A stretch of DNA of 64,000 nt, from NCBI GenBank assembly GCA_964016885.1, contig OZ024743.1, positions 223,696,001 through 223,760,000 on the forward strand, in the 5' to 3' direction. Every line of letters starts with the position of its first letter. Position 1 is the first letter of the stretch. Shown here piece after piece: positions 1 through 10,715 of the stretch. The position numbers were made by a program, and so were the translations under genes. The stretch comes from Eledone cirrhosa. Lineage: Eukaryota. The notes under the pieces were generated by a model, which saw only the letters and a program-made list of their open reading frames with translations, had not been told where the DNA came from and ran no database searches.

Positions 1-849
1 CTTGGGGAAACTCTAGGCGTCGACGAAAATCAACTAGCCAATCTCTTCGGAAGAACTTTCGGGCCAGGGCCTATGGACAACTTCCAGAAATCTCTGGCCT
101 GGCAGTGCTACCGAGGAGCCTTGCCAGTTCGGGATAAACTCTACAGGCATGGAGGTGCCGTCAGCCGGGCATGTCCGAGATGCGCGCAGGGCGACGAAAC
201 CGTCCTGCACGCACTCGTCCAGTGTCCGAAAATTGCTGACTTGTGGGTTTATGTCGAACACCTGCTGTCACGTTTAGGACGGATCCAGCTATCATCTGAG
301 TCTATCGTGAGGATTGCCCCGCCCTCCTCCTTTAGCCGGGAAGGGCAGGCAGTTTTTATCTGTCTGGTGGCCATGGCGAAAGAGATAGTATGGTGGACAC
401 GTTTGAAAGGGCTGAAGACGAGCACTTACCTCTTCGGTGATGCTCTGATTGACTTTTTCAAATTTCATTTGAAAAGGAAAATCAGAGTAGAGAAGGAAGT
501 GCTCTCTTCCCAGCATTTTGTTGAAAGATGGGTGAGAGAAGCAAGAATGGCCCGAGTGAATGGGCCGACTCTGAGTATATATCTGTAAACTAAAGGTGGA
601 AAACTGGGAGAGGGCACTTGCCTTGGTGGTCAGGGTCATTGTGGCTTTTTACTGGGCTTTCTCCACAAATGTCCCTCCGAAGTCTCCCCCCTATTGGGGA
701 ATTTTTCATTGTTATTTTCATTGTTATTTTTGTTACATCCTCTGTTTTTGTTTTTTTTACACGCAGAAATGCCCATTTGTACCGTCCTGCATTGTCCTGC
801 ACTGTCCTTAATGTCTACTTTATGTAAACCCTTGTGGTCAATAAAGAAA

Positions 850-881
<32 letters not shown>
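1..881 (+). mobile_element. 3' end of a Tx1/L1-clade non-LTR retrotransposon (ORF2 C-terminus with CCHC zf-RVT-like motif, 3' UTR, (ATT)n tail)
   Basis: ORF ending at TAA 588 contains RACPRCAQGDETVLHALVQCP (C-x2-C...E-T-x2-H-x4-C), typical of L1/Tx1 ORF2 C-termini. It is followed by a T-rich UTR, AATAAA at ~840 and (ATT)n at 851-881, and runs off the window start. Confidence 0.8.
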
Positions 882-882
<1 letters not shown>

Positions 883-1097
883 GCGGTGGATTGGCAGTGT
901 CGGTAGAAGGTCGGACGCCATGCTTTGACGCATGGAGTTACGGCCCTTGCCATTCTGTGTTCAAATCCCGCCGAGGTTAACTTTGCCTTTCATCCTTACG
1001 GGGTCGATAAAATAAAGTACCAGTCACGCACTGGGGTCAATTTCAAGGACCCCTCCAAATTGCTGGCCTTGTGCCTAAATAAGAAACCATTATTATT
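883..1097 (+). mobile_element. tRNA-derived SINE, family A
   Basis: A-box-like TGGCAGTGTCGG, B-box-like GTTCAAATCC, core GCCTTTCATCCTTACGGGGTCGATAAAATAAAGTACCAG and ATT-rich tail. At least 8 close copies are in the window. Confidence 0.85.
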
Positions 1098-1179
1098 TTC
1101 GTTTAGATATTTCTCAAAAGTGCTTTATATAGAGCCTTTTCGGACGACGTATAGAATAACGAACCGATGTAAGGTACAT

Positions 1180-1242
1180 AATTTGAAAAAAAAAAGTTTT
1201 TTTCGAAATGAGTGAGTGTAATGAAAGAACACACACACATAC

Positions 1243-1291
<49 letters not shown>

Positions 1292-1342
1292 CTTTCATTA
1301 CACTCATTCATTTCGAAAAAACTTTTTTTTAAATTTCAAATT
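1180..1342. repeat. Inverted repeat (~50-bp arms) centred on a (TA)n microsatellite
   Basis: AATTTGAAAAAAAAAAGTTTTTTTCGAAATGAGTGAGTGTAATGAAAGAACA ... (TA)n 1244-1288 ... TGTTCTTTCATTACACTCATTCATTTCGAAAAAACTTTTTTTTAAATTTCAAATT. Confidence 0.85.
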
Positions 1343-1473
1343 ACGTCTCTATACGTTACTCTATACGTTACTCTATACGTCTACCGCCTTTTCAATAATA
1401 CGCCTGTATCAAAACATCAAGATAATTAGAGTTATTCCTCTTGATAATGTGTAACTATCATATACTGTATGTA

Positions 1474-1651
1474 AGTATCGGTAGAGGGTCGGATGCCATG
1501 CTTTGACGCATAGAGTTACGGCCCTTGCTATTCTGAGTTCAAATCCCGCCGAGGTTAACTTTGCCTTTCATTCTTATGGGGTCGATAAAATAAAGTACCA
1601 GTAATACACTGGGTGATTGCTGGCCTTGTGCCAAAAGTAGAAACAATAATT
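1474..1651 (+). mobile_element. SINE family A copy (5'-truncated)
   Basis: Same head, core and tail sequence as 883-1097 and 3261-3448. Confidence 0.85.
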
Positions 1652-1879
1652 TGAAATGGTCGGTATAACTTGTTGCAACAAACTTTTGCAACTTTAGAGA
1701 CATCAGATTGCTATCATAACAATATTGCTTACACACAAAAGTGGTGGCATTTCTGAAAGAAAGAATGAACAGATTAATATCTCCTTATATGTCTTTCTCT
1801 TTCTTTCTCTCTTTTTCTACCACTGTACCGCTGACCTATTAAATTTCTCTTTGATTATCAAGCAATATAGAATATACAT

Positions 1880-2301
1880 AAAATCATTGTCAAATTTATA
1901 CTTCTCTGTAATTCTCTCATATGTGTTGTTTGTATTTTTTATTCATTGTTGTTATCTTTTCTTCTTTCTATTTTGTTTTTCCTTTCCCCTTCCTTTGTAT
2001 ATATTATATTTGTTTGTGTTTTTGTTCTGTAAGCATTATATTATTATATTTTAGTTATGTATTATTTGATATGATCGATATAACTTATTACAACTACTTC
2101 TGAACGAATTGCGAGCAATTTATAAAATGTTATTTTCGCATTTGTAATATTATTTATGGATATATTAAAAACACATTTGTAATGGTATTCAACTGTAAAT
2201 AAAATATGTGATTTAAAAAAAAACACGTAAAATCATTGTCAAATTTATACTTTTCTGTATTTTTTCATATGTGTTGTTTGTATTTTTAATCATTGTTGTT
2301 A
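1880..2301. repeat. Dispersed direct repeat of ~75 bp (about 1880-1954 and 2228-2301)
   Basis: TAAAATCATTGTCAAATTTATACTT.TCTGTA.T.T.TCATATGTGTTGTTTGTATTTTT.A.TCATTGTTGTTA occurs twice. Confidence 0.75.
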
Positions 2302-3260
2302 AAGTTATGCGTTTTAATATTTACATTTTTACCTTTGAAAGAATATAAATGATCAAGCAAAATCAAATATAGTGAATATAATTTACCAAAGAAACAAATC
2401 AATAGAAATTAGTTAAGTTTCAGCCATGTCGGTCATTGTTGAAGATATATAATGAACATGGGCAGGTTAAGTTTGCATGGAGCCTCTGGCTGAAAATTTA
2501 ATCGAGACACTTGCGTATTATTCTTTGTAGTAAAATAATGTTTTCGGGCCCTTTAAATATGATGGGGTCGCTGGCTTCAGCCTAGCCATCCCTTCTTTTA
2601 ATCCACCACTGATATACAAACGAATTTTTCTATTGCCTGTTTTCCTAGACACTGGACAACGAAGCTAGCTCTATAGAACTAATTAATTTCCTGCTTTAAT
2701 TCAGAAGTTTTGTTCAATTGTTTTAGTTAGAGTTTCAAATTCAATTGAATATGTGTATGTATGTTTACGTTGAAGAAAAACAACGATTTAGGCTATTTAA
2801 GATTATTTAAAGTATGTAATGTAAAACAAGTTCATATTGCTGTAAATAGATAAGTGGAGAATGCTGGGGACAGATGAAATAGGTTTGAACCAAAGTGCTT
2901 TTTCGAAGAAAAAGAATTAGATTGAAAAGTTGTAAATGAAATTTTTCAGAAAACCTTTAACTGCGCATTTATTTCTGAGTGTGCTTTACACTCAGGGGAG
3001 ATCATTCTCACACACACACATGCTGCATATTACCTGGATAATTTCCCATTGTTTCATTTTAATTCGAATAGGCCACAACTCATGGTGTCTGACACTTTTA
3101 CCTGCCACATAGCCTGGGAGTCTATTTTACCGGGATCAGATTCTATTATTTCATCTTCTCAAAGAATATTTCTTACTTATATTTAGAGATATCAAAATTT
3201 CAAAAAATCTATACTTGTTTCGTTGTATAGAAAGATTTTATTATTATTACTGCACTACTA

Positions 3261-3448
3261 GGGCGGTGGATTGGCAGTATCGGTAGAGGGTCGGACGCCA
3301 TTGCGTTGATGCATAGAGTTACGTCCCTTGCCATTCTGAGTTCAAATCCCGCCGAGGTTAACTTTGCCTTTCATCCTTACGGGGTCGATAAAATAAAGTA
3401 CCAGTAATACACTGGGTAATTGCTGGCCTTGTGCCTAACATAGAAACA
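3261..3448 (+). mobile_element. Full-length SINE family A copy with 18-bp target-site duplication
   Basis: Starts GGGCGGTGGATTGGCAGTATCGG. Flanked by ATTATTACTGCACTACTA at 3243-3260 and 3449-3466. Confidence 0.9.
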
Positions 3449-3911
3449 ATTATTACTGCACTACTACATATTAACTGAATATCGTTTAGGTCCAGGTCAG
3501 CCTTGATTAAGCAGAACTACAATAAAAGGAATTACAGTCGTGACCATCCCGTCTTTTTCAGACATAGATATAGTATAAATAATAATAGTATTATGCGATT
3601 ATATTTCCTCCTTTAATGACAATTGTGTGTAATATAGGAGATATTTGGCTGTTATTTCACGAGTTTTGAGGATTATCACAAGTTAAATGAGAAGGATGGA
3701 TATGGAGCTTTGCTTTAACTGTCTCGACTATACATCGTCCACAAATACGAGACCCCAGCACTAGACAGATTCCACTGGTTCTAAGCCTTACCCACTTTAC
3801 CTTTGTTCAAACAATACGACAGATCAAACGCGAATAAATAAACAACATTTATTTATACAAAAATCCAAACCCCGACTGAATAAACTTCAACAAGGTGCAT
3901 TCACTAACAAC

Positions 3912-3952
<41 letters not shown>

Positions 3953-4154
3953 AAACCTTTATAGTTGAGTCCGTGTGCTTGATGGTTGATGCTCGAATAT
4001 GGTAGCACACACACTTCTTGTTCATTCTGCCATTTGACATGTTGAGGTTACACAGCTGACAATTTCAATTTCCTTAAAGCTCAATTGCATTTTCAACATC
4101 TTTTCTTTATATTTCTAACAATGTGAAATCAAAAACTTTCTTTCCTATATATAT

Positions 4155-4190
4155 TTTTAAGTGAACGTGACCAACGGGTCACGGGTGGCC

Positions 4191-4193
<3 letters not shown>
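4155..4193 (+). mobile_element. Helitron-like 3' terminus
   Basis: Hairpin CGTGACC-AACG-GGTCACG (4166-4183), then CTAG (4190-4193) followed by T. Similar to the minus-strand end at 9438-9470. No 5' end recognised. Confidence 0.6.

Positions 4194-4194
<1 letters not shown>

Positions 4195-4258
<64 letters not shown>
4195..4258. repeat. (TA)n microsatellite
   Basis: Pure TA run. Confidence 0.95.
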
Positions 4259-4262
<4 letters not shown>

Positions 4263-4338
4263 TAAAAGAGAAAACACAGGTAAGCAACCTGGATAAAATC
4301 CTTCTCTTAATGCTTACCTGTGTTTTCTCTTTTATACT
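4259..4338. repeat. Perfect 28-bp-arm hairpin adjoining (TA)n
   Basis: AGTATAAAAGAGAAAACACAGGTAAGCA (4259-4286) and its reverse complement (4311-4338). Confidence 0.9.
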
Positions 4339-4465
4339 TTATACTCCAAGATTGAACGGAATTCTTACAAACTTGTGGAGTTACCCCTAACCGTACGTTG
4401 AAACCATCCACGAAACTGGCTTTCTTAACCAAAAACTGGATCACAATAAGCAATTTTTTGCTTCT

Positions 4466-4500
<35 letters not shown>

Positions 4501-4505
<5 letters not shown>

Positions 4506-5091
4506 GTAAGTATGTATATATGTATACGTACATACATATATGTGTACAGACGTACAGTAATATGCATATATATACATACATGCACACATATATATATGCA
4601 CGTATCGGTTTACCGAACATTTATTATAATGCTCGGTTTGTTTGTTTGTAAACAAACAAACAGCCCGAATTTCGTTTCATTCTATTCCATTTATCGTTTT
4701 CGGTGCGCCCAGCCGACTGAACTCACTCGATATGCAAATTAGGCTGCTCAGCCGTTAATATGCATAAGGAAAGTATATACTTTCAGACGTTCAATCATCT
4801 GGCAGGAAGTTATACGATGCTGACGATAGCTAATAAGCTTGAAACTAGTACATCGTTCCTGTGTCAGTGTTGAACAAAAGGGTGACGTGGTTGCCTAAAC
4901 ACTGTACGGCGTAATTCGGGCTGTTTGTTTGTTTACAAACAAACAAACCGAGCATTATAATAAATGTTCGGTAAACCGATACGTGCATATATATATGTGT
5001 GCATGTATGTATATATATACATACTACTGTACGTCTGTATACATATATGTATGTACGTATACATATATACATATATACATACTTACATTTA
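4501..5091. mobile_element. Fold-back element with ~170-bp inverted arms between (TA)n runs; probable Penelope-like element remnant
   Basis: Arm 4501-4670 is nearly the reverse complement of 4913-5091 (the same pseudo-ORF appears on both strands in the ORF track). The spacer holds a hammerhead motif. Confidence 0.7.
4814..4856 (+). ncRNA. Minimal type I hammerhead ribozyme motif (Penelope-type)
   Basis: Stem I ACGATG/CATCGT (perfect), core CTGACGA, stem II (T)AGC-TAATAA-GCT(T), GAAA, palindromic stem III ACTAGT, cleavage triplet GTA. The stem II base pair next to the core is U-U rather than G-C. Confidence 0.75.
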
Positions 5092-5159
5092 AGTAAGTGC
5101 CGTACTAAGAGTGAAAAATGAAATTTCGTTTCATTCTATTCCATTTATATATATATATA

Positions 5160-5483
5160 TCATCATTATCATCATCATCACCGTTTTACGTCCATTCTTC
5201 CACGCTAGCATGGGTTAGACAGGTTGTCCTGTTGTGGGCTATGCCAGGTTGGGTGACCATGTATTGCTCATACAGAATTGATTTTGGCTTGATTTCTACA
5301 GCTAGATGCCCTTCTTAACACCAACCTCATTTACAGTGAGTACTGGGTGCATTTTTACCTTGGCGCCTACGTGACCACTTTACAGTGTGGACTGGGTGAT
5401 TTTTGTCGTGACACCTACGTGACCACTTTACAGTGTGGACTGGGTGATTTTTGTCGTGACACCTACACGACCACTTTACAGTG
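5160..5483 (-). mobile_element. SINE-like element (family B) with RTE-type (GAT)n tail and internal 48-bp tandem repeat
   Basis: Minus strand reads ...GTTGGTGTTAAGAAGGGCATCTAGCTGTAGAAA...CCATGCTAGCGTGGAAGAATGGACGTAAAACGGTGATGATGATG. The 48-bp unit starts at 5366, 5414 and 5462. A related tail occurs at 58188-58255 and 60508-60555. Confidence 0.65.
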
Positions 5484-8078
5484 GGAGGAGCGTGGGGCAT
5501 ACTTTCAGAACACCCACCTCCGTTGCTAATTCGATTACCTAGGTAGCAGAAGCTGTCTCCTGTTTCTACAGAGCCCTCCCAGAGTTTGGTAGTGCTTGTT
5601 TCCTGTGGCCGTTTGCTGCTTACTGTCCTGGTGCAGCTGCTACATGTAAAGCCTACATTCTTAACTAAACTTCCTGAGATCCCACTACATCTCTTGTTTA
5701 CCCATAGTTTGCATTTGGGGCAGAGGATGGAATTACTACCTACACCTTTCCTACATACTGAGCAAGGCCATTTCCCTGAGGGGATCTGGGTTCTGTTTTC
5801 TCGTCTACTTACGAGGACCTTAGTCTTTGTCAGATTGACCTTGAGACCCCTTCTTTCTAGTCCATGCTTCCATGTTTGGAATTTCTTCTCTAGTTCCACC
5901 ATAGATTCAGCTATAAGTGCAAGATCATCCACGTACAAAAGTTCCCATGGGGATCCGGTCTTAAACTACTCTGTTATAGCCTGCAATACGATAATAAACA
6001 GGAGAGGGCTAAGGACAGAGCCCAGGTGGACAGCAACCTGTATGCTAAATTCCTCGCTATAGTCATTGTTAACCTTAACTTTGCTGACTGCTCCTCTATA
6101 CATGGCTTGTACAGCCTTCACAAGCCATTCATCTACTCCGAGTTTTCTCGCCATGGGGCACTTTGTCGAAGGCTTTTTCCAGATCGACAAATACCAGGTA
6201 GAGCGGCTTACTTTTAGCTAGGTACTTTTCCTGTAACTGCCTCACAAAGAAGAGAGCATCGGTGGTGTTTTTGCTTGGCACAAACCCAAACTGCATCTCA
6301 TCTAGTTTTACCCTGTCCCTAATCTTGTGCTATAACTCTTTCCGTTACTTTCACGACCTGATCCATCAGCTTTATACCTCTATAGTTTCCTCTATCTAGT
6401 GCATCTCCTTTACCCTTGTAGCAGTTGACAATGATGATGCTGCGCCAATCCTTTAGTATGACGCCCTCTAGTATCACGTGGTTAGCGATACGTGTGGTTA
6501 TGGTGTGAACTACCGACCCAGATGCTTTCAGCATCTCGGCAGCTAAAGCAGATGGACCGGTCTTCATATCTTTAATTACTTTACTTACTACATTGCTGCT
6601 GACTTGTATTGCTGGGCCCTCTATAGGGTCCACTTGGGGTAGGGTCTCTTTCTCCCATGCATTTCCCTCATTTAGTAATCTTTCATAATGGCTCTTCCAT
6701 GCAGCTTTCTTCTCGGCACTTGTGAGGGCAAGCTCACCTTTATCATTCCAGGCACACTTCTCACCAATGAAATCACAATTTTCTCTAACACACTGTCTCG
6801 CAATCCTGAACACCTCCTGTTTCTGGTCCTCGCGCTGCAAAACCTGCTTGAATTTTCTATCCTCGCTTCCCTTCTAGCTAAGTATACTTGTCGCCTAGCT
6901 TCCCCCCTGGTCTCTATTTCCCCCGTTCTTCCATTGTTTCCATGCCTGTCTCTTAGCCTTAATAACCTCATCTATCTTATTGTTCCACCACCAAGTCACT
7001 CTCCTCCCTGTGATCTTGCTCTAGCCACAAATCTCGCCTGTCGCCTTTAGTAAGTTATTTTTTAGGAACTCCCAGTGCTCTTCTATATTGAACGTCTCTA
7101 TCTGTTCTTTTTTACTGTCATAGGCGTTGAGTAAGATATCTTTAAATCTCTTACCAACTGAGGGGTCTTTCAGCTTCCAGATCTTTCTTCTCCAAGTTGC
7201 CTTCTGTTTCCAAGTTCCTCTAATTCTGACAACGAGGTCGCTGACATCTAAATTATGTTCGGAGGTGCATTCCTCACCAGGGAAGGCTTTTGTGTTTACA
7301 ACCGTCCATCTATCTCGTCCTCTGATAAGGATAAAATCTATCTGACTAAAATGCTCCTCTGATCTATAGGTGATCAGATGGTCGTCGGGCTTTTTGAAGT
7401 TTGTGTTACATATCGAGATGTCATTGGCATCACAGAATTCTAGAAGCCTGAAGCCTTCTTCATTTCTTGTGCCAAACCCGTAGCCGCCATGGATTCTATA
7501 GAAGCAATCACGGTGTTTCCCAATGTGTCTGTTAAAGTCTCCTGCAATGATTAGGAAGTCATTGTCGTTTGTTAGGGCAGGAGTGATAAGGACTCGTAAA
7601 ACCTATCCTTAAGTTAGTCTGGCAACCTAGATTGGGGTGCGTAAGCTGGTATAATTGTAGCAATTGTTTTATTCAGGACTAGTTTGAGTTTAATGATTCT
7701 TGCGTTCACCCTGTTCACTGAGGTTGCTTTATCTATCAATTTGTCGGCTAATAGTATACCTACACCACCCAACCCGTTGTCATTTCCCACCCAGAAAAAT
7801 TTGTAGCACTGATTTTTGCCTACAAGGACGCTAGCGGAATCTCCTCTCCATCTAGTATCTTGCACACAGCATACATCAATTTCCTTTCGCTCTAACATCT
7901 CTACGATTTCTCCTGCTCTTCCTTTCATTGTGCTTACGTTGATGGTGCCAACTCGGAGATTTGGGCATTTTCCATCAGTCATGGGAAAGGGTGAATTTTT
8001 GCTGGGGAGTGTGTTTGCTTTCTCTCTCTGAATTAAAGCTTCGCATGGACGCTTGGTAACTCGTGGATTCATATCCAT
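5484..8078 (-). pseudogene. Decayed RTE-clade LINE (APE endonuclease, reverse transcriptase, Cys-rich C-terminus) broken by stops and frameshifts
   Basis: Endonuclease motifs LRVGTINVSTM and IDVCCVQDTRW (7614-8078). RT motifs YKGKGDALDRGNYRGIKL, GSVLSPLLF and YVDDLALIAES (YADD-like). Cys-rich WPCSVCRKGVGSNSILCPKCKLWV. The ORF is split across frames. Confidence 0.9.
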
Positions 8079-8520
8079 TTATTTATTTGGTGTTATTCCA
8101 TTATCCTCATCTCATCCATAGATAACGATAAACAAGAATTTGTATAGGGCTAGAAGGACGGTAGTAGTAATGGCAGAATTTGTTGGCGCTGGTAATGGGT
8201 GAGGATATGTTGCTGTGGTTTGATTGGTCGAAAAGCCTATGGTGGTGAGTGGGGGTAGGGAGTAAAATTGTGAGATTGGTAGCCATCATGGTGTATATCA
8301 TGGCTAAGGATTCGGGGTGGGGGTAAATAAGCAGATATAAGTAGGCATATTCGACAAGGCGAATCTGCGAGAATTTCGAAGATGGTCACCGATTAAATGA
8401 TAGATTGATTGGGATGAGTTCGTAGAGAGTTGGAGAGAGAGAGAGGGGGGGGGGGTTCAGCGTGGTTTATTTCGAAAGCCGAAATATACGTTGGGGAAAT
8501 AAGTGAATAATAATAAAAAT

Positions 8521-8709
8521 AATAATTGTGTCTACTTTTGGCACAAGGCCAGCAATTACCCAGTGCGTGACTGGTACTTTATTTTATCGAACCCGTAAGG
8601 TTGAAAGGCAAAGCTAACCCCGGTTAGATTTGAACTCAGAATGGCAAGGGCCGTAACTCTATGCACCAAAGCATGGTGACCGACCCTCTACCGATACTGC
8701 CAATCCACC
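8521..8709 (-). mobile_element. SINE family A copy
   Basis: Reverse complement of the family A sequence, flanked by the repeated ATAATAATAAAAATAATAATT. Confidence 0.85.
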
Positions 8710-8727
8710 TTGTATAATAATAAAAAT

Positions 8728-8910
8728 AATAATTGTTTCTACGTTAGGCACAAGGCCAGCAATAACCCAGTGTATTACTGGTACTTTATTTTATCGACCC
8801 CGTAAGGATGAAAGGCAAAGTTAACCTCGGCGGGATTTGAACTCAGAATGGCAAGGGCCATAACTCTATGCGCCAAAGCATGGCATCCGACACTCTACCA
8901 ATACTGCCAA
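8728..8910 (-). mobile_element. SINE family A copy (tandem with the previous one)
   Basis: Reverse complement of the family A sequence. Confidence 0.85.
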
Positions 8911-9329
8911 TAAATAATAATGTATACAGAACATTTTCAAATTGTGGAAGAAAAATACCTGTAGAGACGAAATGATCTATGGATGGTTGGGATAAGTTGG
9001 AAATCTTAAAAAATCTATAGAGGAAGGTCAAAAGCCGTCTAGATTCATAACACCGAATATATATATATATAGTACTTGATTTAGGAGTCGCAGAAACCAT
9101 GCAGGGGACCGGGTAAATTTTTCAATCATATTTTTTTATTTGTTTGACCCGAATTACTTGGTCGTTTCTATGGCTGTGCGGACAATGGTTTAACCATAGT
9201 CTCAGTGTGTTTGGCCTTTTAACGTATGTTGTAGCTCTGGTTCGTTAGAATTATTGAGCGCTTGCCACACATCTCGGAAGTTGTTTTTCGCTAATTTCCA
9301 AAGCCAAAAATACGATTCTTGCTAATTTA

Positions 9330-9334
<5 letters not shown>

Positions 9335-9413
<79 letters not shown>

Positions 9414-9437
9414 TATATACATATATATATACATATA
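9335..9437. repeat. (TA)n / (TACA) microsatellite
   Basis: Direct inspection. Confidence 0.9.
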
Positions 9438-9648
9438 CTAGACGACCCAACAGGTCACATTCACTAAAAATAACTTTTAAATAATTAAAATATACACAGA
9501 CATGTATATAATGTAAAATGAAATTAGAAAGCTCATATGTGTGTGTGTGTGTGTGTACATATACATGTATGTGTGTGTGTATATAGATATATATATGTTG
9601 GTGTCAGTGACCTATATACACTGGTCACAGACACACACACATACATGC

Positions 9649-9682
<34 letters not shown>

Positions 9683-9834
9683 TCAGAAACCTTTCCTATT
9701 CAGCAGGAAATATTCGCTACTCTCCCACAACCACTATCTCTTTCTCTCAATCTTTCTCTCTCTATTTATGAAGGTACCTGGAAAAAACCCTGTGCTCCGA
9801 TGCACACAATCACAGAGTTTTAGTAGTATATAGA
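9438..9834 (-). mobile_element. Short non-autonomous Helitron-like element
   Basis: On the minus strand: A|TCTATATACTACTAAAA at the 5' end and ...GTGAATGTGACCTGTTGGGTCGTCTAG|T at the 3' end. This gives a TC start, CTAG end, subterminal hairpin remnant and AT insertion site without TSD. Confidence 0.6.
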
Positions 9835-9839
9835 TATCT

Positions 9840-10090
9840 GAAGGTGCATGGCTTAGAGGTTAGAGCATTGGGCTTGCAATTGGAAGGTTGTCAGTTTGAT
9901 TCTCGGACCGGGTGGTGCGTTGTGTCCTTGAGCAAGACACTTTATTTCACGTTGCTCAAATTTACTCAGTTGTAGAAATGAGTTGCGACGTCACTGGTAT
10001 CAAGCTGCATTGGCTTTTGCCTTTCCCTTGGACATCATCGGTGGCATGGAGAGGGGAGGCTGGTATGCATAGGCGACTGCTGGTCTTACT
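9840..10090 (+). mobile_element. tRNA-derived CORE-type SINE (family C)
   Basis: A-box-like TGGCTTAGAGG, B-box-like GTTTGATTC, then CORE-like TGTGTCCTTGAGCAAGACACTTTA. Confidence 0.7.
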
Positions 10091-10629
10091 AAAAAAAACT
10101 TGTTTTCTTAAAAATGAAAGATTTACAAAAATAACTCAACAGAACATAAACGCTATCTTTCATAAAGTTGCAACAGTTCCTGCTAAACAAAATAAATCTG
10201 TTTTGTAAATGTTGAAAATAGTAAAATCTGACAAACAATTATTTTCTTGATTTAGATGGGATTTAACCCCTTAACATTTACAATGACTTTATATTTACTA
10301 TTGTATTTTCATGGTAAACACTTTATTTCACATAATTATCTCACATAATATTGAATCTATGAGATTTTGACATTATTTATTTTGAGAACAATACCTTAAC
10401 ATAAGTATGAGCAGCCAGTTATGGCTGGTTTAAACAGAAAGAAGTGAGAGAATTCTGGCCAGATACAACCGGTTTAAATGCTAAAGGGTTAAATAGAACC
10501 AGTAAATATATCAACACAAACATACCACCCACGCAGAAGACAAAAAAGAAACTAGGAATTACATACGTCTCTATAATATTCTGGTCAGTACAGCTGGTTT
10601 AAATCAAATTTATGACACAATGTGCAAGA

Positions 10630-10715
10630 ATGAAAGTTCAAATTCTGCTGAGACCACCTCAGCCTTTCATCCTTTCGTGGTCAATAAAATAAAGTATCAG
10701 TATAATACTGGAATC
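10630..10715 (+). mobile_element. Degenerate SINE family A fragment
   Basis: AGTTCAAATTCTGCTGAG...GCCTTTCATCCTTTCGTGGTCAATAAAATAAAGTATCAG. Confidence 0.6.

Noticed and set aside
883-970. tRNA genes at SINE heads
   Set aside because: A/B-box-like motifs continue into a shared core and tail with TSDs, and no complete cloverleaf is evident.
1114-1454. Short ORFs rich in YI/IY, ER, HT or CV repeats here and at about 4.5, 9.5, 63.1 and 63.6 kb
   Set aside because: Translations of dinucleotide microsatellites.
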